Program-made: the position numbers and the translations under genes | Shown: positions 27,366-37,297 of the stretch, piece by piece | Numbering within the stretch: position 1 is the stretch's first letter | How the letters are laid out: each line of letters starts with the position of its first letter | Notes under the pieces: model-generated | What the model was told of the DNA's origin: nothing | Database searches by the model: none | What the model saw: only the letters and a program-made list of their open reading frames with translations | Assembly: GCA_040397175.1 (NCBI GenBank) | Contig: JBBAWM010000001.1 | Location: forward strand, 313,976 to 377,975 | Source: Candidatus Limnocylindrus sp. | GTDB lineage: Bacteria > Chloroflexota > Limnocylindria > Limnocylindrales > Limnocylindraceae | DNA: 64,000 nucleotides | Direction: 5' to 3'

Positions 27366-28093
27366 GCCACGACGCGCTGCGGAAACTGGTGTCGGCTGGA
27401 GCGGTCAGTGCGACGCTGGCGGCGCACGTTACCGCCCTCGCCGACGCGGGCGTCCCCATCGTCGTGACAGGGAGTGCCTCCGCGGAGCGCCGCGATGCAT
27501 TCGCTGAGGCAATCGCCGCCGCCTCGCCCCTCCCCGCTGGCGCTGAGAGCGCCGAAATTAAGATCGCGCCCGAAGAGGCGTTCGTCTGGCTCGCCGATCC
27601 GTCAGGAGTGGGTTGTCTCGTTGCTGGTGCCGGAGGCGCGCCGCGGAGTCCGCGTTCCACACGTCTCATTGCCCACGGCCTCATCGAGCGCTTGAGCGCA
27701 GCGACCACCAAAGCCGTCGTTCGATCACTGGTGCGTGGCTTCCCGCTCATCGCAACGGCCCCGGGTCGCGATCTCGCTGAGCTGCTTGATCTGCTGCGCG
27801 GTGCAAACCTGCGGGTGCCAGAAGACGATCTGCATCGCCTCGGGCTGGTGATTGTGCTCGGAGCGGGTTCAGCCACAGCGAGCCACGTCGAATCGGCGCA
27901 CCTGCTGCGTCCGCCCGCGCTTGATGGGGGAGCGCGACGTCCGCCGGCACTCCTTGCAACCTGGAGCGGCCCGGGGAGTTGGGACGATTTCGCGTGGGCA
28001 GCGCTCCCAGAGCTTGCGGCACGGGTCGGCTTCACGCAGGCCGTATTCAACAGTCAGCTGGCGGCACGCGAGCAGGAGCTGGCGGCTCCCTAG
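27362..28093 (+). CDS. Hypothetical protein resembling a degenerate VirB11/CpaF-type ATPase domain
   Basis: LVSAGAVSATLAAHVTALADAGVPIVVTG parallels the pre-Walker A region of traffic ATPases, but the GKT position reads SASAERRD. ATGA overlap with the MBL gene. Confidence 0.55.
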   Translation: MSHDALRKLVSAGAVSATLAAHVTALADAGVPIVVTGSASAERRDAFAEAIAAASPLPAGAESAEIKIAPEEAFVWLADPSGVGCLVAGAGGAPRSPRSTRLIAHGLIERLSAATTKAVVRSLVRGFPLIATAPGRDLAELLDLLRGANLRVPEDDLHRLGLVIVLGAGSATASHVESAHLLRPPALDGGARRPPALLATWSGPGSWDDFAWAALPELAARVGFTQAVFNSQLAAREQELAAP

Positions 28094-28129
28094 AACCAAG
28101 CGCGCTCCGATTCGCGCTACGATTCGCCC

Positions 28130-29527
28130 ATGAGCCGCATAGCCACCTCACCTGCATCCCTGCGGCAACTTCTTAGCGCGTCGCTGCGCGTTACGACTGC
28201 GGGCACGGTAGAGATTCTCGACGTAGCGCACCTGCGCCAGAGCGGCGCCGCGACCATCGCCTGGAGCGCCGCCTTCTCCACCGATGAGGCAACGGTCGCC
28301 GCAGCGCAGTGGCTCGCCCGCGCTGCAGCAGCCGCGGCGGGAATCCAGAGCGCCAGCATCGCGCCGCTCTACGCGGCACGGTCGAACGGCGCCTACGAAG
28401 GCCTCACCGTGCCAGCGCTTAACCTGCGCAGCCAAGTCTTTGAGATGTCACGTACTGCGCTGGAGACCGCCGCCGCAATGGATGGCGCTGCGCTCATCTT
28501 CGAGTTAGCACGCTCCGAGCAGACCTACACGTTCCAGCGCCCCGCCGATTACGCCGCGAGCATCCTCTGCGGCGCGATCGCTGCCGGTTGGCGTGGGCCA
28601 GTCTTCATTCAAGGGGACCACTACCAATTCGTTGCCAAGAAGTACGCGACCGACCCTGAAGGGGTCGCCGCTGAGATTGCACGTGCCTGCCGTCTCGCGG
28701 TTGATGCGGGCTACCGAAACATCGACATCGATGCCTCAACGCTCGTCGATCTCTCGCTCCCAACGGTGCCAGAGCAGCAACGCGTGAATGCCGTTCGCAC
28801 CGCAGAGGCGGTCGCGCTCGTGCGCGAGCTGGAGCCCGCCGGGATTGAGATCAGCATGGGTGGTGAAATCGGTGAGGTGGGGCATCAGAACTCCACCGCC
28901 GAAGAGCTTGCCGCCTATCTCGACGAGTTTGATGTTGCCCTCGCCAGCCGCCGCGCTGGAGCGCGCGGCCTGCGCAAGGTGTCGGTGCAGACCGGTACCA
29001 GCCACGGCGGCGTGCCGCTCCCAGGCGGTGGCGTCGCCGAGGTTGCCCTCGACTTCACGGTGCTCAAAGAGCTCGGCGAACTGGCTCGCGCCCGCGGCCT
29101 TGCCGGCGCGGTGCAGCATGGCGCTTCGACACTCCCCGAAGATCTCTTCCATCGCTTCCCAGAGGTTGGTGCCGCAGAGATCCACCTCGCCACCGGTTTC
29201 CAGAACATCCTGCTCGACCACCCGGCACTCGATGCCAACTTGCGTGCCGAGATCACCGCGTGGCTTCGTGCCAACGCCGCCGATGAGGCGAAACCTGGCG
29301 ATAGCGACGAGCAGTTCCTCTATCGCACGCGCAAGAAGGCGCTCGGGCCATTCAAGCAGGCGCTCTGGGAGGCGGCCGGTACGCCAGAGATCCTCGAGAC
29401 GCAGCGTGCGAAGTTCCAGTCACTCTTCTCGCAACTTGGTGTCAGTGGCTCGCGCGCGCTCGTGGAGCGCTACGTACCTGAGGTGGCGGATCCACTTCCG
29501 CCTGCGCCAGCCGACCTGCTGAGTTAG
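28130..29527 (+). CDS. Class II fructose-bisphosphate aldolase family protein (long form)
   Basis: VPALNLR, FIQGDH, IDIDAS, GGEIGEVG, QTGTSHGG, VQHGASTLP. Confidence 0.85.
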   Translation: MSRIATSPASLRQLLSASLRVTTAGTVEILDVAHLRQSGAATIAWSAAFSTDEATVAAAQWLARAAAAAAGIQSASIAPLYAARSNGAYEGLTVPALNLRSQVFEMSRTALETAAAMDGAALIFELARSEQTYTFQRPADYAASILCGAIAAGWRGPVFIQGDHYQFVAKKYATDPEGVAAEIARACRLAVDAGYRNIDIDASTLVDLSLPTVPEQQRVNAVRTAEAVALVRELEPAGIEISMGGEIGEVGHQNSTAEELAAYLDEFDVALASRRAGARGLRKVSVQTGTSHGGVPLPGGGVAEVALDFTVLKELGELARARGLAGAVQHGASTLPEDLFHRFPEVGAAEIHLATGFQNILLDHPALDANLRAEITAWLRANAADEAKPGDSDEQFLYRTRKKALGPFKQALWEAAGTPEILETQRAKFQSLFSQLGVSGSRALVERYVPEVADPLPPAPADLLS

Positions 29528-29548
29528 GCGGGGGAGCCCCGCCAGGAG

Positions 29549-30889
29549 TTAGCTGCGGGTCACGCCTGCGGCGTCGAGCGACTCTTCCAGAATCTTCAGC
29601 GCGAGGTCAACCTCTGCCGCCGTGGTGACGAGCGGCGGAATAATGCGAATCACCTGCGTGTAGGAGCCGGCGGAGAGCAGCAGCAGCTTGCGCTTGTTCG
29701 CCTCGGCGATGACGCGCTTCACTGCCCCAGCATCAGGGGCTCGACCGTCGCCAGCACCGGGCTGAACAAACTCCAAGGCGATCATCAGGCCAAGGCCGCG
29801 CACATCGCCAATGCCAGGGCGACCGGCGGTGATCTTCTTCAAGCCATCGAGCATCTGCGTGCCACGAGCGGCGGCATTCGCAACGAGACCCTCATCCTCG
29901 ATCACATCAAGTGTTGCAAGGGCGGCGGCGCAGGCCACAACGTTGCCGCCGTAGGTGCCGCCGTGTGTGCCCGGCTCCCAGGTGTCGAGAAGATCCTTGC
30001 GGGCGATGATCCCCGAGAGGGGGAGGCCCGAGGCGATCCCCTTCGCCATCACCAAGATGTCTGGCTCCACGTTCTGGTGCTGCACGGCGAACATCTTGCC
30101 GGTGCGCCCGTAGCCGGTCTGCACCTCGTCGGCGATCAGCAGAATGCCGAGCTCGCGGGTGAGTTCGCGCAGACGCGGCAGGAAGCCGGCGGGTGGCACG
30201 ACGTAGCCCCCTTCGCCAAGGATCGGCTCAACGATGACGGCGGCAACATCTTCGGCACTGGCAAGGGTGTGCAGTGTGAGATCCCACTCCTCCTCCCAAC
30301 GGCAGCTGCACCCGGCGCAGGCGCCAGGGGCACCCGCAACGGCATGATCCCGCGCCGCAACTGGTGCACGGAAGCAGGAGGGGAATGCGGTGCTGTAGAC
30401 CGAGCCGGGGAGCGGCTCGAAGTGGCCGCGGTAGACGTTCTTCGCCGTGGTCATCGCCATCGTCTGCGCAGTGCGACCGTGGTATCCGCCGCGGAAGGTG
30501 AGAATCACGCGACGCTTGGTGGCGCGTCGCGCCAACTTCACCGCCGCCTCGACCGCCTCGGAGCCAGAGTTCGAGAGGAAGACGCCCCACGGACCACCAT
30601 CGAGCACCGTGCTCAGTCGCTCGTGAAGTCGCAGCCCCGGCTCATGGAAGACGATGTTCTGTTGACCGTGGATCAACTTCGTGGCCTGCTCGGCAATGGC
30701 CGCGGCAACCTTCGGGTGTGCATGCCCCGTGTTCACCACGCCAATCCCCGAGGTGTAGTCGAGCCACCGCACGCCGCTGCGATCGATCAGCCACGAGCCC
30801 TCGCCGCGATCCACATCAACATTTGCAGCGCGACCCCACACGGAAGAGATCACGTTGTGGGGCGGAATTGGCCCGCGATCGCCGCTCAC
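29549..30889 (-). CDS. Class III PLP aminotransferase (4-aminobutyrate/diamine type)
   Basis: GIGVVNTGH, NSGSEAVE, YHGRT, EPILGEGG, IADEVQTGYGRTG, AKGIASG, HGGTYGGN. GTG start at 30889 overlaps the potC stop. Confidence 0.92.
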   Translation of the reverse strand: MSGDRGPIPPHNVISSVWGRAANVDVDRGEGSWLIDRSGVRWLDYTSGIGVVNTGHAHPKVAAAIAEQATKLIHGQQNIVFHEPGLRLHERLSTVLDGGPWGVFLSNSGSEAVEAAVKLARRATKRRVILTFRGGYHGRTAQTMAMTTAKNVYRGHFEPLPGSVYSTAFPSCFRAPVAARDHAVAGAPGACAGCSCRWEEEWDLTLHTLASAEDVAAVIVEPILGEGGYVVPPAGFLPRLRELTRELGILLIADEVQTGYGRTGKMFAVQHQNVEPDILVMAKGIASGLPLSGIIARKDLLDTWEPGTHGGTYGGNVVACAAALATLDVIEDEGLVANAAARGTQMLDGLKKITAGRPGIGDVRGLGLMIALEFVQPGAGDGRAPDAGAVKRVIAEANKRKLLLLSAGSYTQVIRIIPPLVTTAAEVDLALKILEESLDAAGVTRS

Positions 30890-31680
30890 GTGCGCTTCCT
30901 CTGGAGGAAGGAACCGATCGCTACGGCGCTCACTGCAACCATAAAGAAGATCGTTCCGATGGCGTTGACTTGCGGCGGTACGCCAATGCGCGCAGAGCCC
31001 CACACAAACATTGGGAACGTGATTGTTCGTCCAGCGGTGAAGTTGGTGATCACGAAGTCATCAATCGAGAGGCTGAAGGCAAGGAGGCCCGCCGCGGCGA
31101 TTCCAGGCAGGATCAGCGGAAAGGTGACGCGCCAGAAGGTCTGCCACCCGTCGGCACCAAGATCGGCCGAGGCTTCTTCCAGTCGGCGATCAAAGCCGGC
31201 GAGTCGTGCCCGCACCGTCACGATCACGTAGCTGATGTTGAAGGTGACGTGGGCGATCAGGATCGTGAACTCATTGAGGGGGAAGAAGGGGGGCCTGCCG
31301 ATCGCCACGAAGAGGGTGAGGAGCGACGCGCCGAGGATGATCTCGGGGGTGGCGAGTGGAAGGAAGATGAAGAGACTGGTCGCCGGTCGGCCGCGGAACT
31401 GATAGCGCACGAGTGCGAGCGCTGCGAGTGTGCCGAGCGTTGTGGCAACCAGCGTTGAGATGAAGGCGATCCGAAGGCTATTCACCACCGAATCGAGGAG
31501 GCCTGGAATCGCGAAGAGGTTCGCCCAGTGATCGAGGGTGAAGCCGACCCAGGTGTAATTAGTCTTCCCTACCGGATCATTGAAACTAAAGATTCCAACG
31601 ATGAAGATCGGCAGCAGCAGGTAGACCAGGGCCAGCCCCGTGTAGGCGCGAAGCGCGTTGCGGCCGAGCCAACGCAGCAT
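30886..31680 (-). CDS. potC: Polyamine ABC transporter permease, PotC-like
   Basis: LEEASADLGA EAA loop, FSLSIDDFVIT, PQVNAIGT. Confidence 0.9.
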   Translation of the reverse strand: MLRWLGRNALRAYTGLALVYLLLPIFIVGIFSFNDPVGKTNYTWVGFTLDHWANLFAIPGLLDSVVNSLRIAFISTLVATTLGTLAALALVRYQFRGRPATSLFIFLPLATPEIILGASLLTLFVAIGRPPFFPLNEFTILIAHVTFNISYVIVTVRARLAGFDRRLEEASADLGADGWQTFWRVTFPLILPGIAAAGLLAFSLSIDDFVITNFTAGRTITFPMFVWGSARIGVPPQVNAIGTIFFMVAVSAVAIGSFLQRKRT

Positions 31681-32552
31681 CAGCCGATCCCCGTCTCAAG
31701 TTCGTCGGTGCCGAGCACACGCGCATAGATAAAGACGGCGGCGAGGATGCCGGCCATCAACATGAAGCTGAGTGCCGCCGCGGTCGGGTAGTCGTTGTTC
31801 ACCAAGAATCGACTCTGGATCACATTGCCGATGAGGCGCGTCTGCACGCTTCCCAGCAGCTCTGCATTCACGAAGTCGCCCATCGCGGGAATAAAGACGA
31901 GGAGGGAGCCGGCGAAGACCCCTGGGAGTGCGAGTGGGAGCGTGATCCGCTGGAACGCCCGAATTGGTCCGGCATACAGATCCTTCGCCGCCTCGACCAG
32001 GCGGCGGTCGATCTTCTCGAGCGAGACGTAGATCGGCAACACCATGAACGGGAAGAAGTTGTACGAGATTCCGAAGATGACTGCGGCTGGAGTAGCGAGA
32101 ATGCGGAACTCTTCGGGAAGGACGCCGATTGCCTTCAGGGGCCCGAGGATAAATCCGTCGTCAGCGAGAACCGTCTTCCAGGCGAGCACGCGGAGGAGGA
32201 ATGAGGTGAAGAACGGTGCGATCACGATGAAGAGGAGCAGGGTTCGGTATCGCCCAGCGCGATAGGCGATGGTATACGCCAGTGGGAAGGCGAGGGCGAG
32301 GCAGACCACCGTGGCCACTCCCGCATACAAGATCGAACGCAAGAACTGCTCGGAGTACCGGCCGAGCGCCGTCGAATAGGTCTCTGCGTTCGCCCATGAG
32401 AAGGTGAACCCCGATTCCAGCGTGCCACTCCAGAGGCTGGCTTGCAGCATCTGGATCGCTGGGTACACGTAGAACGCGACGAGCCAAACGATTGCGGGCG
32501 CAAGGAGCAACAGGGGGAGCGCCCCCGGATGCCGCCGCAGGTAGGCGATCAC
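31680..32552 (-). CDS. potB: Polyamine ABC transporter permease, PotB-like
   Basis: PFMVLPIYVSLEKIDRRLVEAAKDLYA, FIPAMGDFV. Confidence 0.9.
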   Translation of the reverse strand: MIAYLRRHPGALPLLLLAPAIVWLVAFYVYPAIQMLQASLWSGTLESGFTFSWANAETYSTALGRYSEQFLRSILYAGVATVVCLALAFPLAYTIAYRAGRYRTLLLFIVIAPFFTSFLLRVLAWKTVLADDGFILGPLKAIGVLPEEFRILATPAAVIFGISYNFFPFMVLPIYVSLEKIDRRLVEAAKDLYAGPIRAFQRITLPLALPGVFAGSLLVFIPAMGDFVNAELLGSVQTRLIGNVIQSRFLVNNDYPTAAALSFMLMAGILAAVFIYARVLGTDELETGIG

Positions 32553-32577
32553 CGTCAGCTCCGCCTGGCTCGGCGGC

Positions 32578-33753
32578 TCAGTTGCCCTGGAGGGCGCTGA
32601 AGGCGTCGTTCATGTAGATCTCATCGTCCTCAGAGAGGCCGGCGAACACATGCAGCTTCGCCGAGAGGGCGGCATCGGGGAAGATGAACGCGTCAGTGGC
32701 GAGCGCACCGTCAAGCTTCGCGATCTCCTCCTTGGTCCCCTTCACTGGCGAGACGTACTGCACGTGGGCGGTGAGCTGCGCCGCGATCTCCGGCTTGTAG
32801 TACCAGTCCATCCACTTCTCCGCGGTGAACTTATGCGCGGCGCCGAGCGGGATCAACATGTTGTCCGACGAGAAGGTGCAGCCGTCCGTTGGTGTGACCC
32901 AAACGATGTCGGCGTCCTCGTACCCGATCTGCACCGTGTCGCCGCGCCAGGCAACGCACGCTGCGACGTCGCCCTTCACGATGAGCTCCTTATAGTCATT
33001 GCCCGTGAACGCGCGAATCTGTCCGCCGGTGACGCTCGGCTCGATCAGGGTTATGGCGCGATCGAATGAGGCGCGGTCGGCCTTGGCGGGATCGTCACCG
33101 TTTGCCAGCATGGCGAGCCCAATGGTGTCGCGCATTTCGGTGAGGAGTGAGACCTTCCCCTGCAGGCGTGGGTCGAAGAGATCCTTGAACCCCTTCACGA
33201 ACCCAGCGGTGCTCTTACGCGCGGCGATGCCCGCCACGATGCCGGCCCACGGGGCGAGATACTCAACATTCGGATCAAAGCTGCGCCCCTTGTATACGTC
33301 AAGGAGATTGGCGCTGAAATTCGGCATGTTCCCCTTGTTGAGCTTCTCAGCCCAGCCGAGGCGCAGGATGCGAGCGGCCATCCAGTCGGTCAGCGTCGCG
33401 ATGTCCCAGCCCGCATCCTCACCGGCTTTCAGTGGCGCCTGGATCGTGCCGAAGAAGGAGTCGTTGTCGTTGATCGCTTCCACGTAGTTGACCTTCGTCT
33501 TGTATTCCGCTTCGAATGCGGCAACCGTCGGTCGTGTCAGCTGATCTTCACTAAGGTCAATGTAGAGGGTCCAGTTCGCCACGTTCACCACGTCGGAGAT
33601 CGTGTCGGACTGCGACGGCTTCGGGCTCGTCGACGTTGAGCTGCCCGAGGTGCCACACGCGGCGAGGAAGGCGGCGGTGCCTGCGGCGGCGGCTCCAACC
33701 TTGAGGATGGTGCGTCGGCTTACCAACATCTCAGCGCGCTTCTCGGTACCCAT
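32578..33753 (-). CDS. potD: Polyamine ABC substrate-binding protein, Tat lipoprotein
   Basis: SRRTILK Tat motif with LAAC lipobox; NWTLYID, EMRDTIG, AWRGD, SDNMLIP. Confidence 0.85.
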   Translation of the reverse strand: MGTEKRAEMLVSRRTILKVGAAAAGTAAFLAACGTSGSSTSTSPKPSQSDTISDVVNVANWTLYIDLSEDQLTRPTVAAFEAEYKTKVNYVEAINDNDSFFGTIQAPLKAGEDAGWDIATLTDWMAARILRLGWAEKLNKGNMPNFSANLLDVYKGRSFDPNVEYLAPWAGIVAGIAARKSTAGFVKGFKDLFDPRLQGKVSLLTEMRDTIGLAMLANGDDPAKADRASFDRAITLIEPSVTGGQIRAFTGNDYKELIVKGDVAACVAWRGDTVQIGYEDADIVWVTPTDGCTFSSDNMLIPLGAAHKFTAEKWMDWYYKPEIAAQLTAHVQYVSPVKGTKEEIAKLDGALATDAFIFPDAALSAKLHVFAGLSEDDEIYMNDAFSALQGN

Positions 33754-33772
33754 CGTCTACTCCTCCTGCGCC

Positions 33773-34894
33773 TTAGGCGCTCTTCGAATCGCCGACCACG
33801 AAGCCGTGTTCGGGTTTCCATGTCAGGGCCACCCGCTCGCCCGGTCGCCAGGTGTCGCTCCGCGTCGTGCGGTCAACGTTCTGCTCGCTCACGAGAAGTC
33901 GTAGGCCGCCCGCCCCTTCCACGGTGTACTGCGTCAGTACGCCGAGGTAGCTCGTATCAACGACCGTGCCATCGAGGCGATTCCCCTTCGACTCTTGCCC
34001 AGGCTCGAGCAGCATGAGCTTCTCGGGGCGAACGCCGATCGCACCACCGGTTCCAATGTCGCCAAGGCCCTTTGGCGCGCGCACAACATCACCCGATGGC
34101 AGCGTGACCGTCCACATGTCGCCGTCGCTGCCAATCTTCCCTTCGAGCAGATTGCTTGCACCAACGAAGCTCGCGACAAAGCGCGTGGTTGGTCGTTCGT
34201 AGAGTGTCTCTGGTCCGGCGAGCTGCTCGTAGCGGCCCTTGTTCATGACGGCGATGCGATCCGACATCGTCATCGCCTCTTCTTGGTCGTGGGTGACATA
34301 GATGAAGGTGATGCCGACTTCGCGCTGAATGCGCTTGAGCTCGATGCCCATCTGTTTGCGCAACTTCAAGTCGAGTGCGCCGAGCGGCTCATCAAGCAGA
34401 AGAACTGCTGGGCGATTCACCAGTGCCCGTGCAAGGGCAACGCGCTGTGCCTGGCCTCCAGAGAGTTGTGCAGGCTTGCGCTTCTCATAGCCAATGAGTT
34501 GCACCAGCTCCAGTGCCTCGCCGACGCGGCGCGTGACCTCGTCACCCTTGATGCCGGAGCGACGGAGACCGAAGGCAACATTTTCAAAGATCGAGAGATG
34601 CGGGAAGAGCGCGTAGCTCTGGAAGACGGTGTTGACGTCGCGTTCATGCGCGGGGAGGAAGGTGACGTCTACGCCCTTCAACTCAATGAGGCCGCTGGTT
34701 GGCTGTTCGAAGCCGCCGATCATGCGCAGGGTTGTGGTCTTGCCGCAGCCAGATGGGCCGAGGAGGGTGAAGAACTCGCCGTCGGAGACATCAAGTGTGA
34801 TGCCGTCTACTGCGGTCTGATCTCCGAACTTCTTGGTCACGTTGACCAGGCGAACGTCGACGTCTGCCACCCTCGGTTTCACCTCCGCGGACAC
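33773..34894 (-). CDS. potA: Polyamine ABC transporter ATP-binding protein
   Basis: [34 protein letters not shown]-like C-terminus. Confidence 0.93.
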   Translation of the reverse strand: MSAEVKPRVADVDVRLVNVTKKFGDQTAVDGITLDVSDGEFFTLLGPSGCGKTTTLRMIGGFEQPTSGLIELKGVDVTFLPAHERDVNTVFQSYALFPHLSIFENVAFGLRRSGIKGDEVTRRVGEALELVQLIGYEKRKPAQLSGGQAQRVALARALVNRPAVLLLDEPLGALDLKLRKQMGIELKRIQREVGITFIYVTHDQEEAMTMSDRIAVMNKGRYEQLAGPETLYERPTTRFVASFVGASNLLEGKIGSDGDMWTVTLPSGDVVRAPKGLGDIGTGGAIGVRPEKLMLLEPGQESKGNRLDGTVVDTSYLGVLTQYTVEGAGGLRLLVSEQNVDRTTRSDTWRPGERVALTWKPEHGFVVGDSKSA

Positions 34895-34930
34895 CTGCCC
34901 TGTCTCTGCCCCTCAAGTGAGGACGTGCGA

Positions 34931-34959
34931 AGACTATGACCCACGGGGGGTGGGGTCAA
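34931..34959 (-). promoter_or_regulatory. Sigma70-type promoter of the pot operon
   Basis: On the - strand TTGACC (34959-34954), a 17-nt spacer, then TAGTCT (34936-34931). Confidence 0.55.
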
Positions 34960-35036
34960 ACGCCGTTGCGGGTAGGATGGGGGAGACGCGCCCGTGGGGC
35001 GCCGCCGAGAGCCCCAATTGGGGCGAAAGGGGAGCC

Positions 35037-36110
35037 ATGGCCACCACCGAAGCAGCCGTCATGCAGGCCCTCTCCAACGTTCAGGAGCCAGAGCTCGGTC
35101 GCGACATTGTTACATTGGAGATGGTCAAGGAGCTCACCCTGAACGGCGATCAGGCCAGCTTCATGATCGAGCTCACCACCCCCGCCTGCCCCCTCAAGGA
35201 CGTGATTGAGCGCGATATTCGCGGCGCCCTTGATGGGATCGGTGTAACAGTGGCTGAGCTCCGCTGGGGCTCGAAGGTCCGTCGCGCTTCCTCCTCCACT
35301 CAGGAGCGCCTCCTCCCCGGCATTCGGAACATTGTGGCCGTCGCCTCCGGGAAGGGCGGGGTGGGGAAGAGCACCGTCTCAGTCAACCTCGCCGTGGCCC
35401 TCGCTCAGAGCGGTGCCCGAGTCGGCCTCCTCGACGCCGACATCACCGGGCCGAACATCCCCCAGATGATGGGGGCGACTGGCACCCCAAAGTCGAGCGC
35501 CGGCGGCAAGATCGAGCCGATCGAGCGCCACGGCGTCAAAGTCATCTCCATTCAGTTCTTTGTGCCAGAGGGTCAGCCGATCGTCTGGCGCGGCCCGCTC
35601 ATTGGCGGCGCGATCCAGCAGTTCCTGCGCGACGTGGAGTGGGGTGACCTCGACTATCTCGTCGTTGACCTGCCGCCTGGAACCTCTGACGCGCAACTCA
35701 CGCTGGCGCAGGCGGTGCCAATTGCTGGGTGCGTCCTTGTGACTACGCCACAAGACGTTGCCCTCTCTGATGTCACGAAGGCACTGGCGATGTTCCGACG
35801 CATGAACGTGCCGATACTTGGCATCGTTGAGAACATGTCGGCGTTTGCCTGCCCACACTGCGGCGAGCTCACCGAAATCTTCGGACGCGGTGGCGCAGAG
35901 CGTCTCGCAAAAGAGGAGGGGCTCGACAACCTGGGCCGCATTCCGCTGGAGATGGCGGTGCGACAGGGTGGCGACGCAGGCATCCCCGCCGTCGCGCAAC
36001 GCGAAGAGGGTCCAGCGGCTGCAGCGCTCAAGGAGTTGGCCGGCCAAGTCGCCGCGCGACTCGCAGTGCGCGCCGCAAACGAGACGGCACCAACGTTGAC
36101 GGTCGCCTAA
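35037..36110 (+). CDS. mrp: Mrp/NBP35 iron-sulfur cluster carrier ATPase
   Basis: N-terminal FeS-assembly domain (LTTPACP), ASGKGGVGKST, DLPPGT, ENMSAFACPHC. SD GGGGAG. Confidence 0.94.
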   Translation: MATTEAAVMQALSNVQEPELGRDIVTLEMVKELTLNGDQASFMIELTTPACPLKDVIERDIRGALDGIGVTVAELRWGSKVRRASSSTQERLLPGIRNIVAVASGKGGVGKSTVSVNLAVALAQSGARVGLLDADITGPNIPQMMGATGTPKSSAGGKIEPIERHGVKVISIQFFVPEGQPIVWRGPLIGGAIQQFLRDVEWGDLDYLVVDLPPGTSDAQLTLAQAVPIAGCVLVTTPQDVALSDVTKALAMFRRMNVPILGIVENMSAFACPHCGELTEIFGRGGAERLAKEEGLDNLGRIPLEMAVRQGGDAGIPAVAQREEGPAAAALKELAGQVAARLAVRAANETAPTLTVA

Positions 36111-36114
36111 CCGC

Positions 36115-36870
36115 ATGACCGAAACGCCAGGCGGTTCAACGGAGCACCAGGGCTTCAGCGACGACGCTGCGCAACTGATCGTTGCGGTGCGCGCACTCAT
36201 CGGCGGGCACTGGGATCTCTTCCGCGCCGAACTTGGTGCAATCTCTCGTGATGCCGTTGGCGTGCTCATCGGTGCGATCGCCGTCATTACGCTCGTCACG
36301 GCGGCGTTGCTTGCGCTTCTTATTGCCGTCTTCATGCTGCTCGGCGCCGCCTTCTTCGGTTCCATGGTGTGGGGCGCAGCGCACGTCACACTCCTCCTAC
36401 TTGTGGTCGCGGCGGCGATCACCTCGGCAATCTTGCAGATCACCGCGCCACGTCGCGCGCGTTCATTCGCCCTCGCCGTTCTCGGTGGTGCGATCGGTGC
36501 GCTGCTTGTGCTCTTCGTCTTCAACGGATCGGCCGGCCCAGCAACTGCGGCATCGCTGCTCTTTGCGTTGAGCTTCCTGCTGGTGGACTTGCTGGTTGGA
36601 CTGGCAACGTTTGATATGGAGCGCTTCACCGATCGCTTCCGCCCGCTTGCAACGGAGCACGAGCTCCGCGCAACGTTTGATGCTGTTGATGATCTGCGCG
36701 ACGAGGCAGCCTCCGCCTTCGCCGAAGAGGTTGGTGGGGCGGTCGGCGCCGCCGATGCCGCCATCGCGCCAGCCCGCAAGGTGGTTCGAGCCGCCGCCGA
36801 TGCGCTGCGCGGCATCGCCGATCGACTGCGCGAGCGACGTGGAGCCGGCGACGAGGGCGACAATGCCTGA
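36115..36870 (+). CDS. Hypothetical membrane protein, holin-like/YqjE-like N-terminus
   Basis: HWDLFRAEL followed by several TM helices. Confidence 0.65.
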   Translation: MTETPGGSTEHQGFSDDAAQLIVAVRALIGGHWDLFRAELGAISRDAVGVLIGAIAVITLVTAALLALLIAVFMLLGAAFFGSMVWGAAHVTLLLLVVAAAITSAILQITAPRRARSFALAVLGGAIGALLVLFVFNGSAGPATAASLLFALSFLLVDLLVGLATFDMERFTDRFRPLATEHELRATFDAVDDLRDEAASAFAEEVGGAVGAADAAIAPARKVVRAAADALRGIADRLRERRGAGDEGDNA

Positions 36871-37297
36871 CGAGACAACGGAACGCGAGCGGCGCGCCAA
36901 GCGGGTGGAGGTTCTCGCCGCGAGCCGCCCTGCGGTGGCCGAGCGACTCTCAGCTGTCCGCCTCTCTCGAGAGGCCTCGCTCGTGCGTGTTCGGGCCATT
37001 GGTGGCCGACTGCGACCCAGCGGCGGGCTAGGGCAGGAGCTGCGGGACCGCCCCCTGCGGGCCCTCGGCCTCCTCGGGATCCTGGCCCTCCTTCTCGTGC
37101 GCTGGTTCGGCTCGCGTTCAGGTGGATCCAAGCGCCCTGGCGGTGGGGCGGGGAGCGCCTTTGTGAGTGGCGTAGTGGCGGCAGCAGCCCAGCGTGGTGG
37201 ACGTGCGGTGATTGATGCGTTGATCGATGGCCGACCTGCGGTGGACGGAACCCCCGTGGGCGACGATGATGCTCGGGGGCGAGTGGCGAAACGGTAG
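36863..37297 (+). CDS. Hypothetical single-TM protein whose 3' end overlaps tRNA-Leu
   Basis: ATG at 36863 with GAGGG upstream, overlapping the previous stop. The first in-frame stop is TAG at 37295-37297. Confidence 0.6.
   Translation: MPDETTERERRAKRVEVLAASRPAVAERLSAVRLSREASLVRVRAIGGRLRPSGGLGQELRDRPLRALGLLGILALLLVRWFGSRSGGSKRPGGGAGSAFVSGVVAAAAQRGGRAVIDALIDGRPAVDGTPVGDDDARGRVAKR

Noticed and set aside
36115-36870. Holin-like gene as evidence of a prophage
   Set aside because: YqjE-like membrane proteins are common chromosomal genes, and no phage genes are nearby.
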